Both the position numbers and the translations under genes were made by a program. Below the pieces are notes generated by a model. The model did no database searches and had not been told where the DNA came from. It worked only from the letters and a program-made list of their open reading frames with translations. Positions 1-11,886 of a stretch of DNA of 64,000 nt are shown here, piece by piece. The DNA is taken from positions 1 to 64,000 of the forward strand of contig NMRA01000877.1 of the NCBI GenBank assembly GCA_002633005.1, in the 5' to 3' direction. The first letter of the stretch is position 1, and each line of letters begins with the position of its first letter. The DNA comes from Phoronis australis (lineage: Eukaryota; Animalia; Phoronida).

Positions 1-1290
1 TAACCTTCACGAAGTCCCTTCAAGTTGATTTCATGAAACTGTTTTGCTACTTGTATCAATTGTAAAACCACGAAAAAATATTACATTTTCCGAATTTACA
101 GGGACTGAATAGTCTTAACTCATGCCTTGAAATGTTGCAAGTCGTTATAAATTCAAATGACTGCAATTTTTGTGAAAATTGCATTTTTGATGGTGCCTTA
201 CGATTTGTAATTACTCTTAAACAACAGAAAGATTATCCATCATTTTTAAATGACCCAAGTCTTCATGTCTTCTATTACAAGAAAAACGGTTCCCTCAACC
301 TTAGTCTAGAAGTATGCTTGACAGACCCATGAACCTGTTATCTGAGTTTAAAATTGCTGAAAGTATCAAAATTAAAAAGGCTTGAAAATGGGTAACAAAG
401 GTTTGAAGTTGTCTCAAAAAAATTGTATATTTTACAGACAAGTGATGCGTTTAAAGAATTGTTATGGCTTGGGATAAAAAATAAAGGCGCAGTTTTATGC
501 AATACTCATTATATACATCCTTGGTTTCTGAAAATAGTAATTATTTACTTTTATGTGAAACTGTAGACCAATCACCATATATTTTTGAAAAACAGGGATA
601 ACATTTTTGATCCAATCTGGAGTACTTAGTTATTCATATTTCAATATTTGTTCCAGGTTCAGTGACATTTTAAGGCCACTTCAAGCTATATCATAGACAA
701 GCTTTGTTACTCTGTTCTCTTCCCACAGCACTTCCACACACCAGCAGTGCTGCATGGCACAATGTGCAAGTCAGTGGCCCTGGAGAAATGTGAATCGCAG
801 TACTAAGTTACCATAAGACAATGTGCCAGTGGACTGTCTGTGTATCCAGACAAACTATATCTGACTGCTACACAAATAAGCCTTGTTGGTGAGGATGCCC
901 TTTCATAGGCAATGAGTCATGTGTGGACAATAGCTTATTTCCTTTCCTGGAATAAACATGAGGGACTGAAGCTAAAGAAGACCTAGTCACACTCTGGTCT
1001 AGTTCAGAGTCTGATTTTGGGCTCAAAACGATTCAAGTGATATGCTGCTGTGTTTACCTTCAAGGGTCTAATTGTGGATGTTACTGAGTCTGAACGAGGT
1101 TATATGAAAGAAAGCCACGTGTTGAAACTGGACCTTTTTACAAGCGCTTCTATAACAAGCATCAAGGTGAGAATTGTGTCTCGAAAATTGATTCTTTTGA
1201 CTGTACAAGTGAAGTATTTTCATCAAATTTGTNTTTATTGTATTGATGATTTGATTGTAACAAGGGCCGGAGGCCTAGTTATTGAATAAA

Positions 1291-1310
1291 TATATATATA
1301 TATATATATA
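1291..1310. repeat. (TA)n microsatellite
   Basis: Seen directly. Confidence 0.95.
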
Positions 1311-1485
1311 GGCCATTGAAACTAGAACCTAGTGAAATGAAAGCCAAAACCTGAATGACATTAAATTTTCCTTTCAGAAGAAAGGCTTTATACTATTGGT
1401 AAAAACTTTTCAATTTGGTACAGATTATGGGGAAATGACATTCAGTGACTGCATCTGTTGTCTTATTGTATGTTTTCAATTGTAC

Positions 1486-2600
1486 CTAGCTGGATAAGAA
1501 TCTGCTATGCACAAGATTCGAGAATAAACAATTATCAGTGTATTTAAAAACAAATGGCAAACTGAAAAGCACAGAAAGAAACAACACTGCGAGGGAGTCC
1601 ATAATCAGGCATATCAGGTGCTGAATTTCTGAATTACGTTCAATTCTCTCATTGCTGAAGAATTGCTTTTCCCTTTGTCCAACGGTGAAATAGATGGTCA
1701 GACGGTTGGTTTCAGTTGTTTTTTCTCGCCTGTAACAGAATAGAAATATTAGGAAATTGTAAAAGAAAAGACAAGACAAATCTACTTTTGAAAGGCAGAA
1801 CATACTTGACATTTCATCTTCATGTTTATGTGTAGAAACTAATAACCTTTGTACCCAAGTGTTATTTAATATCTGAATTAAAATATGTGAAACTGGCTAA
1901 AAGTGAGTATTTTTCATGACACTTAAAATGTGCTTCTGATCTCAACAAGCAATTTTTTTCCAATGCAATGTTACAACATTTACTGAATTAAGGCTTATTC
2001 ATGTTAATTCGATAACTGAGCTGGTGGTCCTGGGGGTGGGGTCCACGATAAATTAAGGAAACTCACTCATCTAGAGAATTTTATTGGAAACAGCATAGTT
2101 TTGAAGAGAAACTGTTGTGAAAAAGTCACTCTTGACTTCTGTGCATCACGTACCATACACCTCTTATTTTGGGAGCACTCCCACCCAGGACAATATGTAT
2201 ATGTGCTGCTAGCCTACCAGGCATCGGGTGAGTTTCCAAAAAGAAATACTTAGTTCCACTCAATAAACCTGTTATTCAGTGGGGTAACTGGTGGGGATAA
2301 CATCACCGAACGATGTTGATAGAAACTGATTGTTAAAAACTTACCAAGTAATGTTGTGTAGTCTCCGAAACTGCATAGTCATAGAGCACACACGGGGCTT
2401 CAGCAATTGTCAGTTAGTTGACCCTGTTGACCGCAATTGTCCACGAATATAGTAACCTTAGGTCTTTTGGGAATTTGTGGCCACTTGTCGAAGACTTGCA
2501 CCAGGGAAATTAGCAGTAATAAAGCTTAGCGCGACGACGTATTTTGACAAAAATTCCATCTTTTCCCAGTTGTTTGCATGCAGACAGCCACGCATGCGCA
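1486..2600 (-). other. Possible non-coding 5' exons of a minus-strand transcript leaving the window
   Basis: Seen: CpG-rich patch with NRF1-like GCGCATGCGTG near 2590, a GTAAGT donor at 2344, a TTCTGTTACAG acceptor at 1730 and an AG|GTAC donor at 1485. No convincing ORF, so this is inference only. Confidence 0.25.
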
Positions 2601-3904
2601 ATTCAATCACCACTAGTACAGCAGCGACACCGCGAGGAGAATTCTCCGAATAGCCCCATTGTCTGGACTGGTACTGTAGCAACCTGGCGTATTCTATGAG
2701 GAACACATTCAAAATTGTTAGGTGGACATGAAACGGGCAGAGAGCTGGGAGCACCTTGTAATGAAAAGTTGGAAAACACCCAGGATTGTGCTGGGGCACC
2801 AGTCATTGGAAGCAAAAGTCCTTGGGATCATGCACAAAACGATCGCCAAATCTTATCACCACCTCAGCACATGATGTCAATGGTCAGGGGAAGATCCAAA
2901 GTTTGTGACGATTTGAGGGGCTCACCACTCATGTGACATACACCAGTGTTATTTTTATCTGTTAAGTACTACTCCCACGTAACCCCCTGTGTTGGGGTCA
3001 ACATGTGCCCTTTTCGCGCCCACCTTCAGTGATTGGCACTCCTCCCTTGTACTCCTTTGCTGTTACCTGTGTGCAGCTCCCCCTGAACCCCATGGAGCAA
3101 TCACTAAAATTATCTAGTCCATGGAGGTATGATATGTTATAAGGAACGGTAATTTTCCTTATTAAAAAGTCAAACATGAAATGAAACCGTGATGGCTTTT
3201 GAAGGGAACTTCAAGAGAATGTAAGCAAATGCAGTTTAATAATGAAAAAGAACACACTCCTTGTTATGACTAAATTGAGTCCAGAAATTTAGTCTATGTT
3301 TTTGTCTGCTCCAATAACAAAGCACCGTCATTTTTAGAGCACATCGTTGATAAGTGTTAAATTCTTGGCGCAAATCCGAGGTACATGTAGAGTTTTGTGG
3401 CCCTATCGCAGCTAGAAGAATCTAGCCAAAATCACGTGTTCTCATTTAAACTAGATGGCAATATCTCACATAACCTCGTAAAGTCTGGTTTTAGAGAGGT
3501 CCTAGGGTTATTGAACTCTCCTCAGTTACTCTACAGGCAAGTGGAAATTGTGATTTTAGGTAGCCCTCAAACAAGCAAGAATTGCCAAAAAAACTAGTTG
3601 GTTGACAGTACTTTTAGACCACATTTTCGGAATTGGTAGGAAATTTGATTTCAGACTCTAATGTTGGCTTTAGCCGTGCATCGGCAGGGAAGTGGTGTTT
3701 TTGGGGTGAAAAGTGCCGATTTTGCATTTTTTGCCCTTATTTTTCTTAGTCTAGCTTGCTTTTCAGTGGAAATGAAATGGTCAAAAATACAAGAGAAAAT
3801 AAAGTTTCTGTGCTCATCTGCAGGGCTTTTTATGTGAAATACTTGAAAATATGTCATTCTTTGCATCCTGTTTTTGACAGAGTGAAGAAAATGTGACAAA
3901 TCAA

Positions 3905-4360
3905 GTGATGTGTGTTACCGGTGTTTCTGATTGGCTGGTCGAATTCTCAACAGGCAGCGCGTTACGCAAACAAACTGGCATTGTGCGTGATGGACTGAAG
4001 TGTAAATGTGGTCTGTTGTACAGACAAATCGGTGCTTATTTATGTTCAGGAAATGTGAATCCTAGAAATTGTGGTTGCGCCTTTTGGAATACATTTTTCT
4101 ACTATGGCTTTGTTTACGATACTTTCCTGTATTCATACAGTATGAATAACACACCGGTTAAATCGACCAGTTAATGATACATGTGTGTTTATTGCACATG
4201 TACACTGTATGTGGTTCAAGCACGCGGCTATTAAACAACGCAGCAAAAACGAAATAGTTGCTGCGCCGCCACTTTCATGACAAGGCTAAAAAGCGCTCAC
4301 AGTCCGCCATTTTTTCACGGTGTTGTAAAGCTAATCAATGACTGCTGAGATTACATCAAC
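3905..4360 (+). repeat. Dispersed ~450-bp repeat (family D), copy 1
   Basis: Aligns by eye with 61562-62004 (ctgattggct...acgcaaacaaactggc...gtccgccatttttt...gactgctgag). Class not determined. Confidence 0.85.
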
Positions 4361-4369
4361 CAATGTTAA

Positions 4370-5958
4370 AGGAGAATGCCACCCCAAAACAACCTATTTT
4401 TTATCAAATTTGACTTAGTAGTCCTACTCGGTAACGGCACGTTCGGTTGCGTTACCTGACACTTGAGAGCAGACGGAGGTGTTAAAATTGTCCAACGACG
4501 TACATGTAATTGGTTTCTCACGCAGTCTGTTCAGCAGTTCATAACACGGCTTAGTGGTGTCAGCTTATCGATTGAAGTCATCGTTTAACACCAATAAATC
4601 ATCAAATTTCGATGCAAAACCATTAAAATACACCGAGTTCTTATAAAAACGGGTTTTTTCTATTTCGTTGTTACGGATTGTTTGGTATTTGGTGACACCG
4701 TAGCCTACAAAGTTCGACAGGCCAATTTACCTTGGTCCGTAGCAGGTGTTTGGGGTCTGTTCGGAGATAAGATCGAAGTATTCTTCCGTGAAATACGTCG
4801 GACAGGAGAACCTAGATCTGTGTTGTTTATACTTGTGATTTTTTAGAGTTCTAAACACACAAATCGCTTGTTATCCCGGCCAGTGGCTCGGAACCCGATC
4901 ACTAGGCCCGGCGTCGCGGCCGGGACTGACTCGTTATCCCCCCAGTGGCTCGGAACCCGATCAGGCCGGTCGCGGCTGACGGGACTGGCACGAACACAAA
5001 CCAGCTTGAGTTGGAAACTAAACCTCCAGTCACGAAAAGACTATAATAGTGAGCCAAAGAAATAATGTGCGCGTAATTATTTAGGTGAATTGGCGACGAA
5101 ACTGAAAATCTACTTACTTGTCGGGGGCTGCGAAGGTTGTACAGTAACAATGATTTGAATAATGTATTTGTATTTCTAAATAAAGATTCCCCTAACATGT
5201 GACCATAGCATATAAAATCGAGTAATTGTTCCATAACAGCTTTCTTTCAGCAAACACTTTGTTGCCGGCATCAAAAGCCGGTAACGCAGTGGTTTATTCA
5301 TTGCTGGCTTCTCAAAACATTTGCACTCACAAGCACTCCAAGACATTATAAATTGTATCTAATGAGACAGACTTTGTTTCAGTTTCATATAAGCATTGGT
5401 TAGGATGAGAATAATTCATTTTGAAACAGAACGCAGAATAACGTCTACACGGCAACTCGCCCTGCGCCAATACTGACTTAGTCAAGAGCTCATCCGACGA
5501 AGACTTCACGGGTCGGACCGTTAGGTGTCACAGGGTACCAGTTCGAACCCGGCGGAATACACCGATCAAGGTAAGCCGTCAGACAAATCACTTTCAACGA
5601 AATGCCGGCCACAGACACGGAGATTTTTCAAGGCCTCATATTTGCTATGAACAGCGTACCTTTCATTCTTCACTACCGCGAGCCACTTCCTAAGCATTTC
5701 GAGCTCTCGAGGAAGTATAAAAAACGATATGCCCGCTTTCTTCGCAGCTTCATAGTTCGGACAAGCGAGAACGATGCGCCGCAATATAACAGCATTCACT
5801 CTGCAGACGAACCACTCACGTCGCTGCGTCGTTTTGCACCTTCCTCACAGGTTAACGCGACACCTCTCGGCAAGGTGAGGTCGACCGTATGTGAGGCGAT
5901 GTGGATATAGACCGATTAAGACGGTAAAAACATTAATTAAATCGGGTGGCATTCTCCT
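4370..5958 (-). mobile_element. Non-autonomous Kolobok-type DNA transposon, copy 1 (strand given for its THAP remnant)
   Basis: Seen: TTAA at 4366-4369 and 5959-5962, and a perfect 15-bp TIR AGGAGAATGCCACCC/GGGTGGCATTCTCCT. Known: TTAA TSD with purine-purine termini and a THAP domain characterises Kolobok, whereas piggyBac ends begin with pyrimidines. Confidence 0.88.
5566..5799 (-). pseudogene. THAP zinc-finger remnant of a Kolobok transposase
   Basis: Translation ACPNY..KKAGISFFILPRE..LRKWL...LRVCGRHF..SD has the THAP C, FF.P, W, VC..HF pattern. The first Cys is out of frame and no DDE domain follows. Confidence 0.8.
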
Positions 5959-6337
5959 TTAAAGCGCATGCCACTGAGTGATACCTGCGTGGTGGCTACG
6001 CCCGTACGTAGGGAAACAGCAAGCGTTATTGGGTGACTGTCGTCAAACGTCATTGTTATTATTCATCATTATGCCGGCTCTAGTCATCGCCGTCGTCATC
6101 ACTCTAGCCAACATATCTGTAATCATCATGTGTCGTCTTCATTAGTGTTCAACAGACACGTATTGATGTCTATGACGACGATATCAAATTACGACGATCC
6201 GAAGACGTCGAGTAACGAAAAAAGGAATAGCGCAGATTACCGATAGACGGCGGTAGGTATAGGAACTTCCCTGAACTGGCTGCCGAATTGATAATCCGCG
6301 TGGCTTAACTGGACCAACTTCGGAAAACCGGAGTTTC

Positions 6338-7262
6338 CTTAGGCGGGTATAGGAAGGGCGCCCCCCCCCTTTTGGCTGCTGCAAAAATAAAGCAACAAGA
6401 GCGTAGAAAAATGTTGAGTTTATTAATTAACCCCGGTAATTAACATTATACGACTGAAACAAGATTTAAATGTGTGAGGTTTNNNNNNNNNNNNNNNNNN
6501 NNNNNNNNNNNNNNNNNNNNNNNNNNNNNNNNNNNNNNNNNNNNNNNNNNNNNNNNNNNNNNNNNNNNNTCAGATCCAATTTCAAGTGTCAAATTCGGAA
6601 CACGACACAATCGTAACGGAACTATGGCTAAGTGTAGGCTCTCCTGCGATTTCCCAGGCGACCGGCAGTGGCGCTGCGCACTACGACTCCGTTTCCGTCG
6701 TCTGCTTCACTGGGCAATGAAGAAAATTACTTCATTTTTTAAAGAAAATGGATTCTGAGTGACGATGAAAAAACAGAAACAGAAGCTGCTGGTAAGATAT
6801 GAATTTTAATCGAAGCCTTAGTGAATCACTCCGAAACTCATAACATTCTTTCTTTGTCAAACCTTATCTTAAGATGATTTCCAAAGCAATCCCGTCATTA
6901 ATGCCAACACAAAAAACGGATTTGGTCTTTTGGACAATTGAAGACAATTTTAAATGCAACAAATTTGTTACGAACTGATTTTACAAAATATAAAAAGTTT
7001 AATAAGCATTACAAAAAGAAGTAGGTTTCGCGCACAAACGCTGTGGACCATAAACAAGTAGGTCTCTTAGTAAGCAAATACGCCGTGAAATTGTGGTGGT
7101 GCAGAAGTAAATCACTTGCGCTGTATATGCCATATCGTGAGTTCGAGTCTGTGGGAAATGCAGTTTTTCAACTTTGACACGTTGTCCTTTTTTTCTTGGA
7201 TAATACTTCAGGAATCAAGGAAAATGCTTGATTTTTAGGGGAAAAACAGAAAAATTTTGTTC
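6338..7262 (+). repeat. Dispersed ~900-bp repeat (family B), copy 1, spanning the N gap and carrying a tRNA-like segment near 7095-7155
   Basis: Aligns with 47412-48330 on both sides of the gap. B-box GTTCGAGTC at 7141. Confidence 0.88.
6483..6569. other. Assembly gap (87 N)
   Basis: Seen directly. Confidence 1.
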
Positions 7263-10200
7263 CCCATTCGGTGCTAGGCATTGCATGTGGGCTAAACAAA
7301 TACAAAGAAATCTATATATAATTATACGCACTGAATGCATGTATCAATGAACTGATGTTAATATTACAACGACACATGATTCCAAACTTCAGTAAACCAT
7401 TTTCATAAGCAATAAATTATTTTGCAAGTATACAATTTTATCTACTCACACAAAGAGATTAATGTATTAAAAACGAAAGTTTGAAACGATTTCAAGTGAA
7501 ACCTAATTTTCATTTAGGTTGAGTTAAAATTTGTTATACAGCACTAAACCTAGTAAAACATTTTGAAGTGGAGACGTCAGCCAGCTACACGGCTGTCAAG
7601 TGCACTCGGAAATTTGGCCAATGTGAATTCAGTGATGGTGTGTTGGAATATTGTGCAATTATTCATTTGTACTTACTTTTAAACTCAAATCAAAGATCTC
7701 GTCACTATTCCGATATTTCAGTTTCAGTGTCCAAAAGTCAGTATTCACTCTCTCCTGATCAAAATTTATAATGTCCAACTGTTCGTGTCTATTATTTTTA
7801 GTGTTTTAGTGTATTTGGTTCTATGGTAAAATCAACAAAACTGCCAATTGATGGCGCACTACTGGCAGGATTGTGCTACCACTCGCAAAACTCTTCCCTA
7901 TGTCCAAGTCTATAGTGAATCTAAACAATTAAGTCGCTTCCAATAATTGACTATATACCATTCAGAATCTGTTCTCTTAATCCGGCAAGTGAAAGGACAA
8001 CAAAGCATCCTAGCATGACGCTATTGTGGTGGAATGAAATTTCTGACATTAATTTATGTTATTTAAGTTGAGCCCTAGTTGTTTACATACATGTACCTAC
8101 GTTGTGGCTCTGGCCAGCGATCGTTCCACTACACCATGAGGGTTGTTAGTGACTTTGCCTGCAATTGGTTACATGCATATGCAAACATTTTATTCAGGCT
8201 TGAACATAGCGACAGATGCATTTGTTTGTTTTTTTCTGGACCACTCATCACTCTGTAGATTTGTGGGTCATTTTTTTTTTTTCTGTGTACTGGGGTGTAA
8301 TTTATTCTAAGTAGTTTTGATTGTGCAAGACGTGTTGTGAGCGGATTAGCATTGCCAGGTTGTTTTCTATTTCACTCTGCACAGTTAGTCCTGTAGATGT
8401 ATTGATGGACATTGGTTTAACTGTGACGCAGGTTTTCTACGAGTTATTGTAGCCCACCCTATACCTTAGAACAGTGTGATTTTTATTGTGTTATTACAAT
8501 AGTCAGAGAGATTTGTGAGAGACGTAGTTAGTGAATTTTTAATGGACTCACTTGCGCGTTTTTTGATAATCTATCGATGAGGATATTAATTGTTTGATGA
8601 TTAGTTCGCAGTATCAGTTTGGTAACCATACATGTACAGTGTAGTATTTGTTGCCATTGATCAGTGCTCACCAGGATCAAAGCTTGTCGTTGTGTCACAC
8701 CCAGTCCAATTGATTGCTATAGGTTTATCTGTGATTCAAATTATTTTTCTGTGATTGTAATTGTAATTGCAATTGTGATGTGCAAATGGATCAAGTGTAC
8801 TATGATGAAAAAACTTATGTGGAGATTAAACCTGGAATTCAGTATCACTTGAGCTGTGTAATTTCATGATTGATTTGTTGTGATTACGAATCGATTGGTT
8901 AGGACTGACTGTAGGTTTACGATTGTTATTGTTTTATTTTATAGGGTGTATAGCTACAGTATGGATGACAGCAATAAACCACCAAACGATCTACAATTGA
9001 ATGATTTATTTGACAACGAGCCCCGTTACAGTTTGGCTAACAGTTTCAATTTAATCGACTTCTCTCGGACTATATACAACAAAATGAGTAGGTCTAAACT
9101 ACAGTAGCCATATAAACTCACATGTTCATACTACCTCAGCACAAGTAGGAATACTGTATGTGACTATCGGAAGACAACGGAGTATATAGCAAGTACCCAT
9201 GCTGGTTGGGGATCAAATTCATAACCAAATGAAGTCACACAGTTATCAAAGAAAAAGCCAAGGGTTTGAAAGAATAAACCTTATCAACAGGATCGGTGTG
9301 CCTATTTCTTTGACTAAAACATGATTACATTGAATAGCCGTACCATAAAAGAACTAGGAGCATAAATAAAGATACAGTGTACATGTAGAAACTTCGCCCT
9401 ATGATAATGATATAAAACGGCCATTGTTGCCGTAACTTGCACAACGAAATGCGTGATAATACTGGTGACTCGAACTGGGATACGACCAGGCCCTAGTCCA
9501 TTGCGCACTTAAACCCGCAGCACGACCCAAAATTATGGTCATCAAAGAGTTATCTACACTAGAAACGATACGCACACGTATCATTTAAGACTTGTCCACC
9601 TGAATGTGCTGCAGAGTGAAACCAGGCCAGACACAGGTGAACACGCAGTCTTATGCATAATCAACACATACGAAAATTGCAAGAATACAATACAAATCAA
9701 TAGAAAACTCACGCGTGGATTTTTTACGGAAATTTAATAATCAGTCGTTTATTTAGGGATTCGACGATGCCAGCCCATTTTTACAATAGTTCAGATTTCC
9801 TTCGCAACTTAGTCAAGACAATTATACATGTGCTAATACTGTACTGTATGCCCGCGGACGCATACCGTTTGCGGTGCAGAAGTCAGGACTTTTGGACGTG
9901 TAGCTCTTGTAATTGCTGTACGTTACGAATTGTTCACAATTGATAGGAATGCCGGTAACAACTGGTGGAAAAATCATTCAGCAGATGTTTGAATTGGCAA
10001 CAAAGACTCATTGATATAGTTTCAGCTGCTAGAGTGGCCACGACCCGTTGGGCTAGACCGGGGGTTATGATTGGAGGGCGACATCTGACGTGTTGCATCG
10101 CCACACGACACGAATGAACTTTGAAAAGGAACCTACACTTCAGTTTATTGAAGGCACAGCTTACCCGCAGAACAATTCTTAAGAACAACTATGCTTGCAT

Positions 10201-10465
10201 TATATTGAGGCATTTCCCCTCATTAAAAAGTGAACTAGGTCACCCGGTCAGGGCGATAGCTTGCGCCCAATGTATGCACTGATGTACCCTTGAGTGGTTA
10301 TTTCTCCAAATCAATAAGCACACACGCCATCGGTGAAAACTGTACGCTCATTATGGGAAATCAATAAAAAAGGAGGACGCGAGAAATTTGTACTACTAGG
10401 ATCAAGCGAAAACATTCACTTATTTCCTACATCGAAGTGCATTGGTCTTCTTTGTGATCACTGTA

Positions 10466-11613
10466 TTACAATCCCTCAGTAATGTCGCATGCCTGTTCCA
10501 AACGCGCGTGCGTTTTATTCGGTTGATCTGCGGCAGACGTTTCCGTTATGAAGCATTCCTTTTCGTTAATTTGAGAACTTTCATGATTGTCTCCTTTCTC
10601 TTTACAATCTCGGTTGTCAAAATGATGTCTACATTTACCGGCATAAACTTTTAAGACAACCACCACCGCCAAGGTTAGAGTTGCCAATCCGAAACAGAGA
10701 TACATCATGGAAATCATACTGACGTATTGCAGGAGATAACCAACGAGATTATCGGTACCAATATCTACGATACACGGAATTAAGGTGATCCAACAATTTA
10801 GTCCGACAGTAAACTTGACGTACTGGTTGATCCAAGCGTAACCGCTCGGCCACATTGATGACGCTAGCAATCGGTATCCGCACAGATAAATCCACATCGA
10901 TAACTGAGAATTTAAAGAAAATGACCAAAGACCAAAACATATAGCCGTACCAATGACCTCAACAAACAGCATTACATTGATGTCAACGCAATAACTACAC
11001 AAGGTACTAACCCCGAGGGAGACTAAGCGAAAAAAACCAGATAGAGATATAAGGTAAGCAGCGCCCTCTTTAGTAAAACTTAAGCCAGATGAAACGACGA
11101 AGGAAAATGCCCAATTCATAATGACGCCGTCGTGTCCGCGGAGACACGTTACGTATAGTGAAAAGCCAGCAGCCATAAAGAATCCAAATTTGAAATTTCC
11201 ACTAGCCCAACTTTTTGGAGAAAGAGCATTAATAAATATAGCCTTTATTCCTTGTTTTTTTGATTTTATCTCCTCAACGTCGGGTTCGGGAATAGAAATG
11301 CATGTTCTCTCGAGAATGTCAAACAATAGAAACAAAAGCCCTACCACGACGACAAAGCTAGCGATTATTGCAAATGGGATCTCAATGTGACTAACGGGTA
11401 ACAGGTTTTCAACTGATTCTGAAGAACTTGACACATTTGCATCATATTTGTGATGGTAACTTTCATTAACATGTGTCGTGTTGACGCCAGGTGATATGAA
11501 CGACTTGCTGATCAGTGGAGCTACAGCGGTTCCCGATGCATAACCAAGTGAAACGATGTGCATCGGAAACGACACCTGGTCCTTCCACATCGTAGATAAC
11601 ACAGGATTAACAA
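10466..11613 (-). CDS. MFS transporter (MFSD4 / sodium-dependent glucose transporter 1-like), large terminal coding exon (about TM5-TM12)
   Basis: Open frame with about 8 hydrophobic helices and family-like motifs (MWKDQVSFPMHIVSLGYASGTAVAPLI, SHIEIPFAII, SSMWPSGYAWINQY). Acceptor TTTCTTTTTCAG at 11614 is phase 1; TAA at 10466. The supplied ORF start (11641) is intronic. Confidence 0.9.
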
Positions 11614-11886
11614 CTGAAAAAGAAACAATACCAGGTGACATGATTGTTGTGATTTAAATGAGGAAATAAATTTATATTCGTGCAAACTAGACTATAGGTC
11701 CTTTCATATTGGCTTAACTACGGTCTGAGAGGAGCGTCGACGTAAACAGCGCAGTTAACTTGACCATTCATACTGGCTTCGGTAGTTAATGAGCATCGAA
11801 GTTAACGGCAGGTGACACTGTCGTCATCGAAGTTATCACAAGGTAGCGCTTTTGTACATAAGATGACCTTCACCTTATCTCTTAGT

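Noticed and set aside
729-960. Plus-strand acceptor (TCTCTTCCCACAG) and downstream AATAAA suggesting a terminal exon
   Set aside because: All three frames stop within about 30 codons, with no recognisable motif or upstream exon.
11614-11641. N-terminus MSPGIVSFS of the 391-aa ORF, read as a single-exon gene
   Set aside because: It is the intron pyrimidine tract; upstream spliced exons supply the missing helices.
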